Source of the DNA: Alphaproteobacteria bacterium
GTDB taxonomy: Bacteria > Pseudomonadota > Alphaproteobacteria > SHVV01
Assembly (NCBI GenBank): GCA_965261735.1
Contig: OZ253470.1
Coordinates: 1,664,001-1,728,000 of the forward strand
DNA length: 64,000 nucleotides
Direction: 5' to 3'
Under the pieces are notes generated by a model, which was given only the letters and a program-made list of their open reading frames with translations, was not told the origin of the DNA and made no database searches. A program made the position numbers and the translations under genes. Shown here piece by piece: positions 9,545 through 18,571 of the stretch. Every line of letters starts with the position of its first letter. Position 1 is the stretch's first letter.

Positions 9545-10564
9545 TTAACGCCCATGACCGCTACATGTAGGGTGCCGCCACTCTCCCGAGTAAAGCTCGG
9601 CATAAGTTGGAGCAGAGGTGTCGGCCGCGATGCCGAGCAATGAGCGGAAGGCGTTGAACGGGTAGAACCGCCTGTTGAAGCGGAAGGTGAACTCGTTGAG
9701 GTAGGCTTGTAGGTGCTGGTGGCTAACGCCGTGGTGGATACCGATCAGCCACGTCTTCAGGTTGGCGAAAACCAGATGGATGATCGGCAGGTATTGCTCG
9801 GCAACCTCTGGATCACCACACTCGGCAACAGCGAAGTGCTCATAGCCGCGCTTACCGAGGCCAGCATAGCCGCTCCAATCGTCAGTAACGATCAGCGATC
9901 GCGGCGCGACGGTGCTCTCGACGAACCCACAGAGCGACTCGGCGCTACGGTCGAGCACGACGGCGAGCCGAACGCGTCCGGCATAGCGTCCGTCTTTCCG
10001 GTTGTCGAGCTTGGTGCCCGGCTTTCGATGACGCACCTCGATGGCACAGGAGACGGGAACCTTGTGGTGAACACCACGGCCTTCCCCACGCGTTCGCCCG
10101 CCAACCCAGGTTTCGTCCACCTCAACATGGTTCTTGGGCTGTCCACCGATCCTGTCTTGGTTGGGCCGCACCATGCCCGAGCGGAGCTTGTGGAGAATTT
10201 GAAAGGCCGTCTCGTAGCGCGAAAGACCAAGTTGCCGCTGAAACTGCACGGCGGACATGCCGGGCGTCTGACTGGCGACCAGATAAGCGGCCCAGAACCA
10301 GACGTTCAGCGGAGTGTGGCTACGCTCCATCACTGTTCCCACCGTCAGCCCGGTGTTCTGGCGGCACTTGCGGCAGCGCAGGACGCCAGGGCGGTTTTCA
10401 AAGTGGAACGGCTCTCCCGCCGTGCCGCAGTGCGGGCAGGCAAAGCCGTCTCCCCAGCGGGCTTTCTCCAGGTAGGCGGCGCAGGCCGCATCATCGGGGA
10501 AAAGTCGCTGGAACTCGGGTAGCGAATGCGGGAATGGGAGATCGGCGCGGTCGAGAACATCCAT
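9545..10564 (-). CDS. IS1595-family transposase
   Basis: Near-identical to 3427-4446. Confidence 0.95.
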   Translation of the reverse strand: MDVLDRADLPFPHSLPEFQRLFPDDAACAAYLEKARWGDGFACPHCGTAGEPFHFENRPGVLRCRKCRQNTGLTVGTVMERSHTPLNVWFWAAYLVASQTPGMSAVQFQRQLGLSRYETAFQILHKLRSGMVRPNQDRIGGQPKNHVEVDETWVGGRTRGEGRGVHHKVPVSCAIEVRHRKPGTKLDNRKDGRYAGRVRLAVVLDRSAESLCGFVESTVAPRSLIVTDDWSGYAGLGKRGYEHFAVAECGDPEVAEQYLPIIHLVFANLKTWLIGIHHGVSHQHLQAYLNEFTFRFNRRFYPFNAFRSLLGIAADTSAPTYAELYSGEWRHPTCSGHGR

Positions 10565-10597
10565 GGCGCGCTCCCCTATATCCGGGTTGCGCCCATT

Positions 10598-11680
10598 CTA
10601 GTGGATTGATTCCAACGTTTGGAACCCTCTGTTTCGTGCGGCGATGATATGATCGGGGTCGGCTTTCCAGATGAAGGGTTTTGGGTTTGCGTCATTGTAT
10701 TCGCGGACAAATCGGTTGATGGCGGCCTGAAGGTCGACGACGGATTGGAAGACGCCGTATTTGAGCCTGCGCCGCGTTAGTTTGGCGAAGAAGCCCTCGA
10801 CGGCATTGAGCCACGAGCACGAGGTTGGCGTGAAGTGGAAGGTCCAGCGTGGATGGCGGGCGAGCCAGGCGCGGACCTTGTCCTTCTTGTGCGCGGCGTA
10901 GTTGTCGAGGATGACGTGGACGGCCTTGTCCGTCGGCACCTCGCGCTCGATGCGGTTGAGGAAGCGGATGAACTCCTGATGGCGGTGGCGCTGCATGTTC
11001 TGTGCGATGACCGTACCGTCCAGCACGTTGAGCGCGGCGAACAGCGTCGTCGTGCCATGCCGTTTGTAATCATAGGTCATCGTACCGGCGCGGCCCTTCT
11101 TCATCGGCAAGCCGGGTTGGGTGCGGTCGAGCGCCTGGATCTGTGATTTCTCATCAACCGACAGCACCACGGCATGGGCCGGCGGATCGACATACAAGCC
11201 GACGATATCTGTGAGCTTCTCGGCGAAGGCGGGATCATTGGAGAGCTTGAAGTGCCGCCAGCGGTGCGGGCTGAGGCCATGGGCCTTCCAGATCGCTTGG
11301 ACCGTCGACGCCGCGACGCCAGCAACCTTCGCCATCGCGCGCAGCGTCCAGTGGGTCGCCTCGTGCGGCGGCGCTTGCTGGGTCAGGCGGACGATCTCGG
11401 CGACGCGCTCCGGCGGGATCGGCGCTTTGCCAGGCGGACGGGACCTGTCGCGAAGCAAGCCGTTGACACCCTCGTGCATGAACCGCTCCTGCCAGCGCCA
11501 GACACAGGTCTTGGACTTGCCGGTCTCGGCCATGATCGACGAGTTCCCGAGCCCCTCGTCGCTCTTCAGGATGATCCGCGCCCGCCAGACATGTTTCTGC
11601 GAGCTCTTCGGGTCCGCGACGATAGCTTGCAATCGCTGACGGTCGCCAGACGTGACAGTAAAATGGATGCCGGTGCGCAT
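10598..11680 (-). CDS. IS630-family transposase
   Basis: SVDEKSQIQAL, YKRHGTTTLFAAL, VILDNY, SWLNAVEGFF; stop codon uses the duplicated TA. Confidence 0.95.
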   Translation of the reverse strand: MRTGIHFTVTSGDRQRLQAIVADPKSSQKHVWRARIILKSDEGLGNSSIMAETGKSKTCVWRWQERFMHEGVNGLLRDRSRPPGKAPIPPERVAEIVRLTQQAPPHEATHWTLRAMAKVAGVAASTVQAIWKAHGLSPHRWRHFKLSNDPAFAEKLTDIVGLYVDPPAHAVVLSVDEKSQIQALDRTQPGLPMKKGRAGTMTYDYKRHGTTTLFAALNVLDGTVIAQNMQRHRHQEFIRFLNRIEREVPTDKAVHVILDNYAAHKKDKVRAWLARHPRWTFHFTPTSCSWLNAVEGFFAKLTRRRLKYGVFQSVVDLQAAINRFVREYNDANPKPFIWKADPDHIIAARNRGFQTLESIH

Positions 11681-11749
11681 AGCACAGACTCGCATGACAC
11701 CGCACAATACGGAATCTCAAATCGGACTCTTTCGTTCCGATCAATCCAC
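10601..11749 (-). mobile_element. IS630-family element
   Basis: TIRs GTGGATTGAT/ATCAATCCAC; TA duplication at 10599-10600 and 11750-11751. Confidence 0.93.
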
Positions 11750-11864
11750 TAGCCCTAGTGGGTGTGGGTGTAACCCGGATAGGCAAGCAGCCAACTACAA
11801 CTTCATTTGCGAGTACTTGAGCTAGGCCACCTGGGCGCGCCTGCGGCAGCGGCGTGCCGATCGC

Positions 11865-12236
11865 TCACGGCGCGATGATCTCCCTCTCCTCTGCGACCCA
11901 GATCGGCGAGCGGGCGAGGTCGATGAAGCACTTCTCGTCCTCGACCAGCGCCTGGCTGGCGGCGCGGCCCGCGGGGTTCTGGCGCAAGGTCTCGAGCGCG
12001 GCGCGGTTTTCGTACCAGACCTCGGCGATGCCATCGAAGGGCTCGGGGGCGCCGCGGAAGGCGCCGAGCCGCCGCGTCAGTTCGCCGAGGTCCGAATGCA
12101 GCTGCACGTAGCGCTTGATGCGCAGCGCGTCCTGAAGCTCGCGAACGAGCGCGCCATGGCTGTTCAGCCAGTAGTCCTGGAACTCGGCGAGAGTGAGCGC
12201 CGGCAGCCGGCGCAAGCAGAAGACCACCTTAATCAT
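11865..12236 (-). CDS. EthD domain protein
   Basis: EFQDYWLNSHG, RYVQLH, FDGIAEVWY, DEKCFID. Confidence 0.88.
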   Translation of the reverse strand: MIKVVFCLRRLPALTLAEFQDYWLNSHGALVRELQDALRIKRYVQLHSDLGELTRRLGAFRGAPEPFDGIAEVWYENRAALETLRQNPAGRAASQALVEDEKCFIDLARSPIWVAEEREIIAP

Positions 12237-12313
12237 CGTCAACCGCCCGCCTGTGTGGTTCGTGCTAATCTGCCTCCTCGTAGCAGCCCCTGGAGCGAGA
12301 CGCGAGGGCGATC

Positions 12314-13630
12314 ATGGCGAAGCAGCGTTTCCTTACCGAAGGCTACGGCGGCTATCACCGAGCCGAGGTGCCGCCCGTTGACGAGGTGCTCACGCGGGTC
12401 GGGCCGGGCACCCCGGGCGGCGAGTACCTGCGCCGCTTCTGGCACCCGGTGATCCACTCGGAGACGCTCCGCGACCTGCCGATCGCGATCCGAATCCTCG
12501 GTGAGGACCTCGTCGTCTTTCGCGACGGGAGTGGACAGGTCGGGCTGCTAGAGCGGCACTGCAGCCACCGCGGCACCTCGCTCGAATTCGGCCAGATCGC
12601 CGAGCGCGGGATCAGGTGCTGCTATCACGGCTGGCATTTCGACATCGACGGCGCGGTTCTCGACACTCCCGCCGAGCCCGACGACAACCCCTATGTGGGC
12701 AAGCTCTACCACGGCGCTTACCCGACCCTCGAGTACCGCGGGCTTGTGTTCGCTTACATGGGGCCGCCCGAACGCAAGCCCGCCCTACCCGTCTACGACA
12801 GCTTCGAGGATGCCGGCAACAGCATGGGCCTCGGCGAGCCCCACGCCCTTGGTGCCACCTTTCAGCCCTGCAACTGGCTGCAGATCGTGGACAACGTCCC
12901 CGACCAGGGGCACGAGGCGTTCCTGCACGCCCGCAGCACGGGCCCCCAGTTCCTCGATCAGAACCGCCGGCTCGTCGAGGAAGTCTCGATCGTCGGCGAG
13001 CTCGACTGGTGGGAGACGCCGATCGGCATCGCCTGTCACGAGACGCGGCGGCTGGGTGAGAGTGTCTGGGTGCGCTCGATGGAGTATATCTGTGCGACTG
13101 CGGTCCAGGTGTGCGACACGCCGGTTCTGCCGCCCCGCTACGGCAACGGCGAGAGCGAGATCCTCGTGCCGCCGCGGATCGTCCGCTGGTACACACCCAT
13201 CGACGATGCCAGCACGCTCGCTTTCTCCTTCATCCTGTACCGGCAGGGAGAGCCTCAGGACTACGTCACCAACCCCACCCCGGCGGCCAGGGCGCTCTAT
13301 GGCGACCGCCCGTACGAAGAAAGCCAGCGTTTCCCGGGTGACTACGACGCTCAGGTGGGCCAACGACCGATTGCGGTCCACGCCGCCGAGCACCTGGGGT
13401 CGTCGGATCGCGGCATCGCCATGTTGCGCAAGATGGTGCGAGACGGCATCGAGGACGTGGCGCGCGGCGAAGACCCCAGGGGGACCAATCGCGCGGCGGG
13501 CGGCGTCGTGGCGACCTATTCGCGGGAGACGGTCATTCGGCTGGCGCCCGCGGCTACGCCCGAGGAGGACAAGGCGCTTCTGCGCAAGGCTTCACGCGAG
13601 GTGTTTGAGCGCGCGCTCGGTACCGGCTAA
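12314..13630 (+). CDS. Rieske non-heme iron oxygenase alpha subunit (phthalate dioxygenase/LigXa-like)
   Basis: LTRVGPGTPGGEYLRRFW, CSHRG...CCYHGW, DQGHEAFLH, EHLGSSDRGI. Confidence 0.92.
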   Translation: MAKQRFLTEGYGGYHRAEVPPVDEVLTRVGPGTPGGEYLRRFWHPVIHSETLRDLPIAIRILGEDLVVFRDGSGQVGLLERHCSHRGTSLEFGQIAERGIRCCYHGWHFDIDGAVLDTPAEPDDNPYVGKLYHGAYPTLEYRGLVFAYMGPPERKPALPVYDSFEDAGNSMGLGEPHALGATFQPCNWLQIVDNVPDQGHEAFLHARSTGPQFLDQNRRLVEEVSIVGELDWWETPIGIACHETRRLGESVWVRSMEYICATAVQVCDTPVLPPRYGNGESEILVPPRIVRWYTPIDDASTLAFSFILYRQGEPQDYVTNPTPAARALYGDRPYEESQRFPGDYDAQVGQRPIAVHAAEHLGSSDRGIAMLRKMVRDGIEDVARGEDPRGTNRAAGGVVATYSRETVIRLAPAATPEEDKALLRKASREVFERALGTG

Positions 13631-13641
13631 CGAAGGCGCGC

Positions 13642-13962
13642 TCAACCTGCCGCGCAGCTGATGCACTTCGCGGCCCAGGGAATGGCCTCCAGCCGCTTCT
13701 CGCCGACCGGTTCGCCGCAACCGGTGCAGGTGCCGTAGGTGCCGATCTCGATGCGCTTGAGGGCGTTGCGGATCTCGGTGATTTCCTGCAACGCCGATTC
13801 GCCGAGGCGCTCCAGAACCTCGTCGCCCTCTTGCTCGGTCGCGCGGTCTTCGGCATCGGCGCTGTCGGGCTCGCGGAGCTCGGCGTCGATTTCCCTGGCC
13901 TCCTTGTCGAGGTCGGCAAGCCGGGCCTCCAGGCGGGCGCGCGTTTCGTCAAGTCCGGGCAT
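13642..13962 (-). CDS. TraR/DksA C4-type zinc finger protein
   Basis: DAEDRA acidic tip, GTYGTCTGC...RLEAIPWAAKCISC. Confidence 0.9.
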   Translation of the reverse strand: MPGLDETRARLEARLADLDKEAREIDAELREPDSADAEDRATEQEGDEVLERLGESALQEITEIRNALKRIEIGTYGTCTGCGEPVGEKRLEAIPWAAKCISCAAG

Positions 13963-14098
13963 GTCGTCGTGGCTCCGTCGTCGCTGCTGCGGGAGTCCAA
14001 GACTACGTTGTCTTGAGCGCCTTTGAAAACACCCGCGTACGATCGCTTGGTGGGACGGCGCGGATCGGAACCTAGTGGACCGCAACAACTCGATCGGG

Positions 14099-15022
14099 AT
14101 GGCGTCCATGCCTCAGCCGCTCCTGGCCGTCGTGGCGCTCGCGGTGGCGATCACCCTCGGGCCCGCCGCCAAGGGCGCCAAGCTGCATGTCGAGGTGGTG
14201 ATGCTCGACCATCTCCCGGCGGCGGCGGGCGATCGGGTGACACAGAAGCGCCCAGGCATGCTGCCTGACGGCCGTATCGTCCGGGGAGGCGGAACGATCC
14301 GGGCCGCCTGGTTCGTCGGGCCGACGCGCCGCTACGCCCATGGCGTCCTCGGGGAAGCGATCGAGGCTTCGGGACTGGCCGTCGAAACGGCCGGCGGAGC
14401 CGTCCTGTCCCTGGCGTTGGACGACGACGCCGTGTTCGAGGACGTCGTTCCGCGGCTCGTCGACCTGGATGGCGACGGCCGGGACGAGGTGCTCGTGATC
14501 AAGACCACCCTGACCAAGGGCGCCGCGCTGGCGCTGGCCGCGGTGCGCGACGGACGGCTCGCGATCATCGCCGAGGGCGAGCCCATCGGTCGCCCTCGGC
14601 GGTGGCTCAATCCGGTCGGGATCGGTGATTTCGATGGCGATGGGCGCGTGGAGACAGCGCACGTCGAGACCCCCCATATCGGCGGTACGCTCGTCCTAAG
14701 CCGCATGGAAAGGGGGCGTCTGGTGGCGGTCCGCCGCGCCCGCGGCTTCTCCAACCACCGGTTGGGGTCGCGCGAGCTCGGCCTATCGAGCGTGCTCGAT
14801 GCGGACGGCGACCGCGTCCCCGATCTCGTGGTGCCCGACGATTCGCGCACCCGCCTGCGCGTCGTCAGCTTCGCCGGCGGTCCGATGCGGGAACTCGCCC
14901 GCCCCGAGCTCGGCGCCGAGATCGCCTCCCTGCGCTTCGCCGATGTCGACGGTGACGGGAGAAGGGACGTCACTTTCCGCCTGTCGGACGGAAGGGTGGG
15001 GCGGCTGCTATTCCGCCCCTGA
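14099..15022 (+). CDS. secreted FG-GAP/VCBS repeat protein
   Basis: Signal peptide; DLDGDGRDE, DFDGDGRVE, DADGDRVPD, DVDGDGRRD; start uncertain. Confidence 0.85.
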   Translation: MASMPQPLLAVVALAVAITLGPAAKGAKLHVEVVMLDHLPAAAGDRVTQKRPGMLPDGRIVRGGGTIRAAWFVGPTRRYAHGVLGEAIEASGLAVETAGGAVLSLALDDDAVFEDVVPRLVDLDGDGRDEVLVIKTTLTKGAALALAAVRDGRLAIIAEGEPIGRPRRWLNPVGIGDFDGDGRVETAHVETPHIGGTLVLSRMERGRLVAVRRARGFSNHRLGSRELGLSSVLDADGDRVPDLVVPDDSRTRLRVVSFAGGPMRELARPELGAEIASLRFADVDGDGRRDVTFRLSDGRVGRLLFRP

Positions 15023-15040
15023 ACGCTCAGTGGGCGCCGT

Positions 15041-15352
15041 CTAGCCGTGCTTGTGGAAGCCGTCGGGGTTTTGCGCCGCGAAGGCCGCCTTCTGCTCGGC
15101 GCTCGCCTCGGTCTGGTACTTGGCCTTCCACTCCGGATAGGGCATGCCGTACACGAGTTCGCGCGCGTCTTCGTAGGAGATATCGAGGCCCCGGTCTCCG
15201 GCCGCCGCCGAGTACCACTTCGACAGGCAGTTGCGGCAGAACCCGGCGAGGTTCATAAGGTCGATGTTTTGCACGTCAGTGCGCTCCTTAAGGTGCGCCA
15301 CGAGCGTGCGATAGGCCGCCGCTTCGAGCTCGGTCCGCGTGGCATCGTCCAT
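15041..15352 (-). CDS. DUF1244 family protein
   Basis: RTDVQNIDLMNLAGFCRNCLSKWY. Confidence 0.92.
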   Translation of the reverse strand: MDDATRTELEAAAYRTLVAHLKERTDVQNIDLMNLAGFCRNCLSKWYSAAAGDRGLDISYEDARELVYGMPYPEWKAKYQTEASAEQKAAFAAQNPDGFHKHG

Positions 15353-15421
15353 GTTCGCTCCCTCCGTTCGCGCCGCCCTTATGATAGTCGCGGGCGCGCG
15401 CAAATCCAACTCCGGCGGTGG

Positions 15422-16231
15422 TCAATACCGCTGGCGTACAAAGAGCGACTTATCCGCGAGCACCTCGACTAGCGGGGCCGCGAGGCGCTGCGCCCAGGCC
15501 CGCGTAGCCTCGTCGGTCTCGACGAGATCCTGGCGGATCTCGATTTCGACGTGCGGCCGGCCGTGCCCCGCACCGTGGGTGAGCAGCGAATAGCTCTCGG
15601 GCGAGCGCACCGAATAGGGCTCGTTGTCGCCCACGACCAACGCCGGATCGGCCCTCAAGGCGGCGAGCAGCGGCGCGGCCAGCCGGGCATCGCGCTCCCA
15701 CAGGATGCCGACGTGCCAGGGCCGGGCAAAGCCTTGCCAGGTCGGCGTAAAGCTATGGACATGGACCAATGCAGGCACGATGCCGCGGGCCTCGAATCGC
15801 TCCGCCAGGGCCTCGACCGCGGCGTGGAAGGGCCGAAAGTAGGCGTCCGCCCTGCGCTCGGCCTCGGCCTCGTCCACGAACGCGTTGCCGGGAACGGCGA
15901 CGCCGTCGCTGACCGCGACGATGGAGGCCGGGTTATCGAGGCTGCGGTTGCAGTCGATGAACAGGCGCGATGCGCCCGACAGGACCGCCGCCGCCCCAAC
16001 GGCCTCACTCAGGTGCCGCGTGACCTCGGCGGCACCCGGGTCCCACGCGATGTGATCGCGCGAGGCTCGCGAATCGAGACCCAAATTGCCGTACGCCGCC
16101 GGCAAGGCATTGCTGGCGTGGTCGCACACGAGGACGAGCGGCGCCGCGGCATCGGCGTTGAGGATCGTGAACGGCGGCGGATCGTCTTGGCCGGGGCTGT
16201 GCTTGCCGTTGGTTGCCGGCATGTCATCCAT
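15422..16231 (-). CDS. N-formylglutamate amidohydrolase family protein
   Basis: CDHASN, HIAWDPGA, SRLFIDCNR, HSFTP, GDNEPY, EIRQDL. Confidence 0.92.
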   Translation of the reverse strand: MDDMPATNGKHSPGQDDPPPFTILNADAAAPLVLVCDHASNALPAAYGNLGLDSRASRDHIAWDPGAAEVTRHLSEAVGAAAVLSGASRLFIDCNRSLDNPASIVAVSDGVAVPGNAFVDEAEAERRADAYFRPFHAAVEALAERFEARGIVPALVHVHSFTPTWQGFARPWHVGILWERDARLAAPLLAALRADPALVVGDNEPYSVRSPESYSLLTHGAGHGRPHVEIEIRQDLVETDEATRAWAQRLAAPLVEVLADKSLFVRQRY

Positions 16232-16335
16232 TACCGCACTATATAGATGGCCCGATGGCGCCGCGCCGCCGCTTAAGGCCGCGTGGACGAATCGCCGGCG
16301 GGCGGGCTATAACCGCGCGACCCTGGAGCTTCCCC

Positions 16336-17250
16336 ATGATCCTCGATCTCGGGCGCGCGCGGCTTCCGCTTGCGGCATTGTTCGCCGGCGCGCTCGGCAT
16401 CGCCTTCTCGCCGATCTTCGTGCGCCTGTCCGAGCTCGGCCCGAGCGCCACGGCGTTTCACCGCGTCTTCCTCGCACTCCCCATATTGTGGCTGTGGATG
16501 GCGGCCGAGGCCCACGGCACGCGTCGGCGCCCGAGCCGGCGCGAGTTGTGGTGGCTGGTTATGGCCGGCGTGTTCTTCGCCGCCGACCTCGGGGTGTGGC
16601 ACTGGTCGATCCGCTTCACCTCGGTCGCCAACGCCACCCTGCTCGCCAACCTCGCGCCGGTGTTCGTCGCGCTGGCCGCGTGGTCGCTGTTCGATGAGCA
16701 CATCACGCCGCTGTTCGTCGGTGGCCTCGCCCTCGCCGTCGTCGGTGTCGCACTCATGGTCGGGGCCGACGTGGGCGGTGGGGAGCGGCTGTTGGGCGAT
16801 GGCCTCGGCATCCTCGCGGCCGTGTTCTACGCCGGCTACATCCTGACCGTGAGCCGCCTGCGCGCCGCCCTCACGACCATGACGATCATGGCCTACTCCA
16901 GCGCCATTGCGGCGATCGTGCTCTTGCCGCTGGCGCTGGCCTCGGGCGAGGGCCTGATCGCGGCGACCGCCTTCGGCTGGGCCATGCTCGTCGGCATCGC
17001 CCTCGTCTCACAGGTCGCCGGCCAGAGCCTGATCGCCTATGCGCTTGCCCATTTGCCGGCACCGTTCACGTCGGTCGGCCTGCTCGTCCAGCCGCTGGCG
17101 GCGGCACTGCTCGCCTGGGTGATCCTGGCCGAGCCCCTGGGCGCGCTGCAGGCGCTCGGCGGCGCGGTGGCGATCGCCGGCATCGTGCTCGCGCATCGTG
17201 GCAGCGACGTCACCGGGCGCGGCGCACCGGCACCGGCGCGAAGGCCTTGA
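16336..17250 (+). CDS. DMT/EamA family transporter
   Basis: About 10 TM helices, FSPIFVR, TSVANATLLANLAP. Confidence 0.9.
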   Translation: MILDLGRARLPLAALFAGALGIAFSPIFVRLSELGPSATAFHRVFLALPILWLWMAAEAHGTRRRPSRRELWWLVMAGVFFAADLGVWHWSIRFTSVANATLLANLAPVFVALAAWSLFDEHITPLFVGGLALAVVGVALMVGADVGGGERLLGDGLGILAAVFYAGYILTVSRLRAALTTMTIMAYSSAIAAIVLLPLALASGEGLIAATAFGWAMLVGIALVSQVAGQSLIAYALAHLPAPFTSVGLLVQPLAAALLAWVILAEPLGALQALGGAVAIAGIVLAHRGSDVTGRGAPAPARRP

Positions 17251-17261
17251 TCCCGAACCCC

Positions 17262-18539
17262 ATGAGCAGCGCCACGGCGCGCCGCGGCGGCGGGCTCGCT
17301 TGGACCGTGTGGGCGCTGGGCACGGCGTTCTACGCCTACGGCTTCTTCCAGCGCGTCGCGCCGAGCGTGATGGTGAGCGAGCTCATGCGCGAGTTCGCGG
17401 CCACCGCCGTCGTGCTCGGCAACCTGTCGGCCTTCTACTTCTACGCCTACGCCGGCCTTCAGCTGCCGCTCGGCGTCGTCCTCGACGCCCTCGGCCCACG
17501 GCGCGTCATGGCGGCGGGGGCGCTCGTCGCGGCGCTGGGCAGCACCCTGTTCGGCGCCGCCGAGACTCTCGGGCTCGCCTATCTCGGGCGCCTGCTGATC
17601 GGCGCCGGTGTCGCCGTGGCGCTGATCGGCACCCTGAAGCTCGCGATGGCGTGGTTCCCGGCGCGCCGCTTCGCCACCGTGTCGGGGCTCACGATGTTGG
17701 TCGGCACCCTCGGCGCCGTCGCCGGGCAGGCCCCCTTGGCGGCCTTCGTCGAAGCCGTCGGCTGGCGCGCCGCGCTGCTGTGGGCCGCGACCTTCGGGCT
17801 CTTGATGGCCGTGCTGCTGTGGACGGTGGTGCGCGACCAACCGGCCCCGGCGCCGCTTGCGCCGGGCGGGGCCACGGCCGCGCAACCCTCGATCGCCCAG
17901 GGCCTGCGCCGGATCCTCGCCAACCCTCAGACCTGGCTCATCGCCCTCTACTCGGGAATGATGAGCGCGCCGTGGCTGACCTTCGCTGGCCTGTGGGGCG
18001 TCCCCTTTGCCATGGTCGCCTACGGCCTCGATCGGTCGGCGGCTGCTGCGGCGATGTCGGTCGTCCTCATTGGCTTTGCCGTCGGCGCGCCCCTCGGCGG
18101 CTGGATTTCCGATGCGATGTCGCGCCGCCGCCCGGTCATGATCGGTGGCGCCGCCGGCTGCCTGGTGACGTGGCTGCTCATCCTGTACCTCCGCCAGCCG
18201 CCAATGGCTGTCATCTACGTACTGTTCTTTCTCAACGGCTGGTTCAGCGGCACGGTCATCATCATGTTCGCGCTCGCGCGCGAGCACAACGCGCCGCAGT
18301 TCGGCGGCACGCTCGCCGGCTTCATCAACACCGCCGGAATTGGCACAGTAGCGATCCTGCAGCCGAGCGTCGGCTATGTGCTCGACCTCCTGTGGACCGG
18401 CGAGATGCAGGACGGCTTGCGCCTCTATGCCGAAGCCACGTACCTGCGCGCCTTCCTCGCTTTTCCTGCGTGCGCCGCGGTCGCCCTGGTGGCGTCGGTT
18501 GTGACACGCGAAACTCATTGCCGGCAACAGGTCCACTAG
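17262..18539 (+). CDS. MFS transporter
   Basis: FFQRVAP, LDALGPRR and SDAMSRRR loop motifs, 12 TM helices. Confidence 0.9.
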   Translation: MSSATARRGGGLAWTVWALGTAFYAYGFFQRVAPSVMVSELMREFAATAVVLGNLSAFYFYAYAGLQLPLGVVLDALGPRRVMAAGALVAALGSTLFGAAETLGLAYLGRLLIGAGVAVALIGTLKLAMAWFPARRFATVSGLTMLVGTLGAVAGQAPLAAFVEAVGWRAALLWAATFGLLMAVLLWTVVRDQPAPAPLAPGGATAAQPSIAQGLRRILANPQTWLIALYSGMMSAPWLTFAGLWGVPFAMVAYGLDRSAAAAAMSVVLIGFAVGAPLGGWISDAMSRRRPVMIGGAAGCLVTWLLILYLRQPPMAVIYVLFFLNGWFSGTVIIMFALAREHNAPQFGGTLAGFINTAGIGTVAILQPSVGYVLDLLWTGEMQDGLRLYAEATYLRAFLAFPACAAVALVASVVTRETHCRQQVH

Positions 18540-18571
18540 GTCGCACCGCGGTTTGGAGTTAAGATTCCGCC

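Larger units (their letters stand above)
9532..11787 (-). mobile_element. IS1595-family element, copy B, interrupted by IS630
   Basis: Same TIRs as copy A; IS630 lies between the left TIR and the transposase start. Confidence 0.92.
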
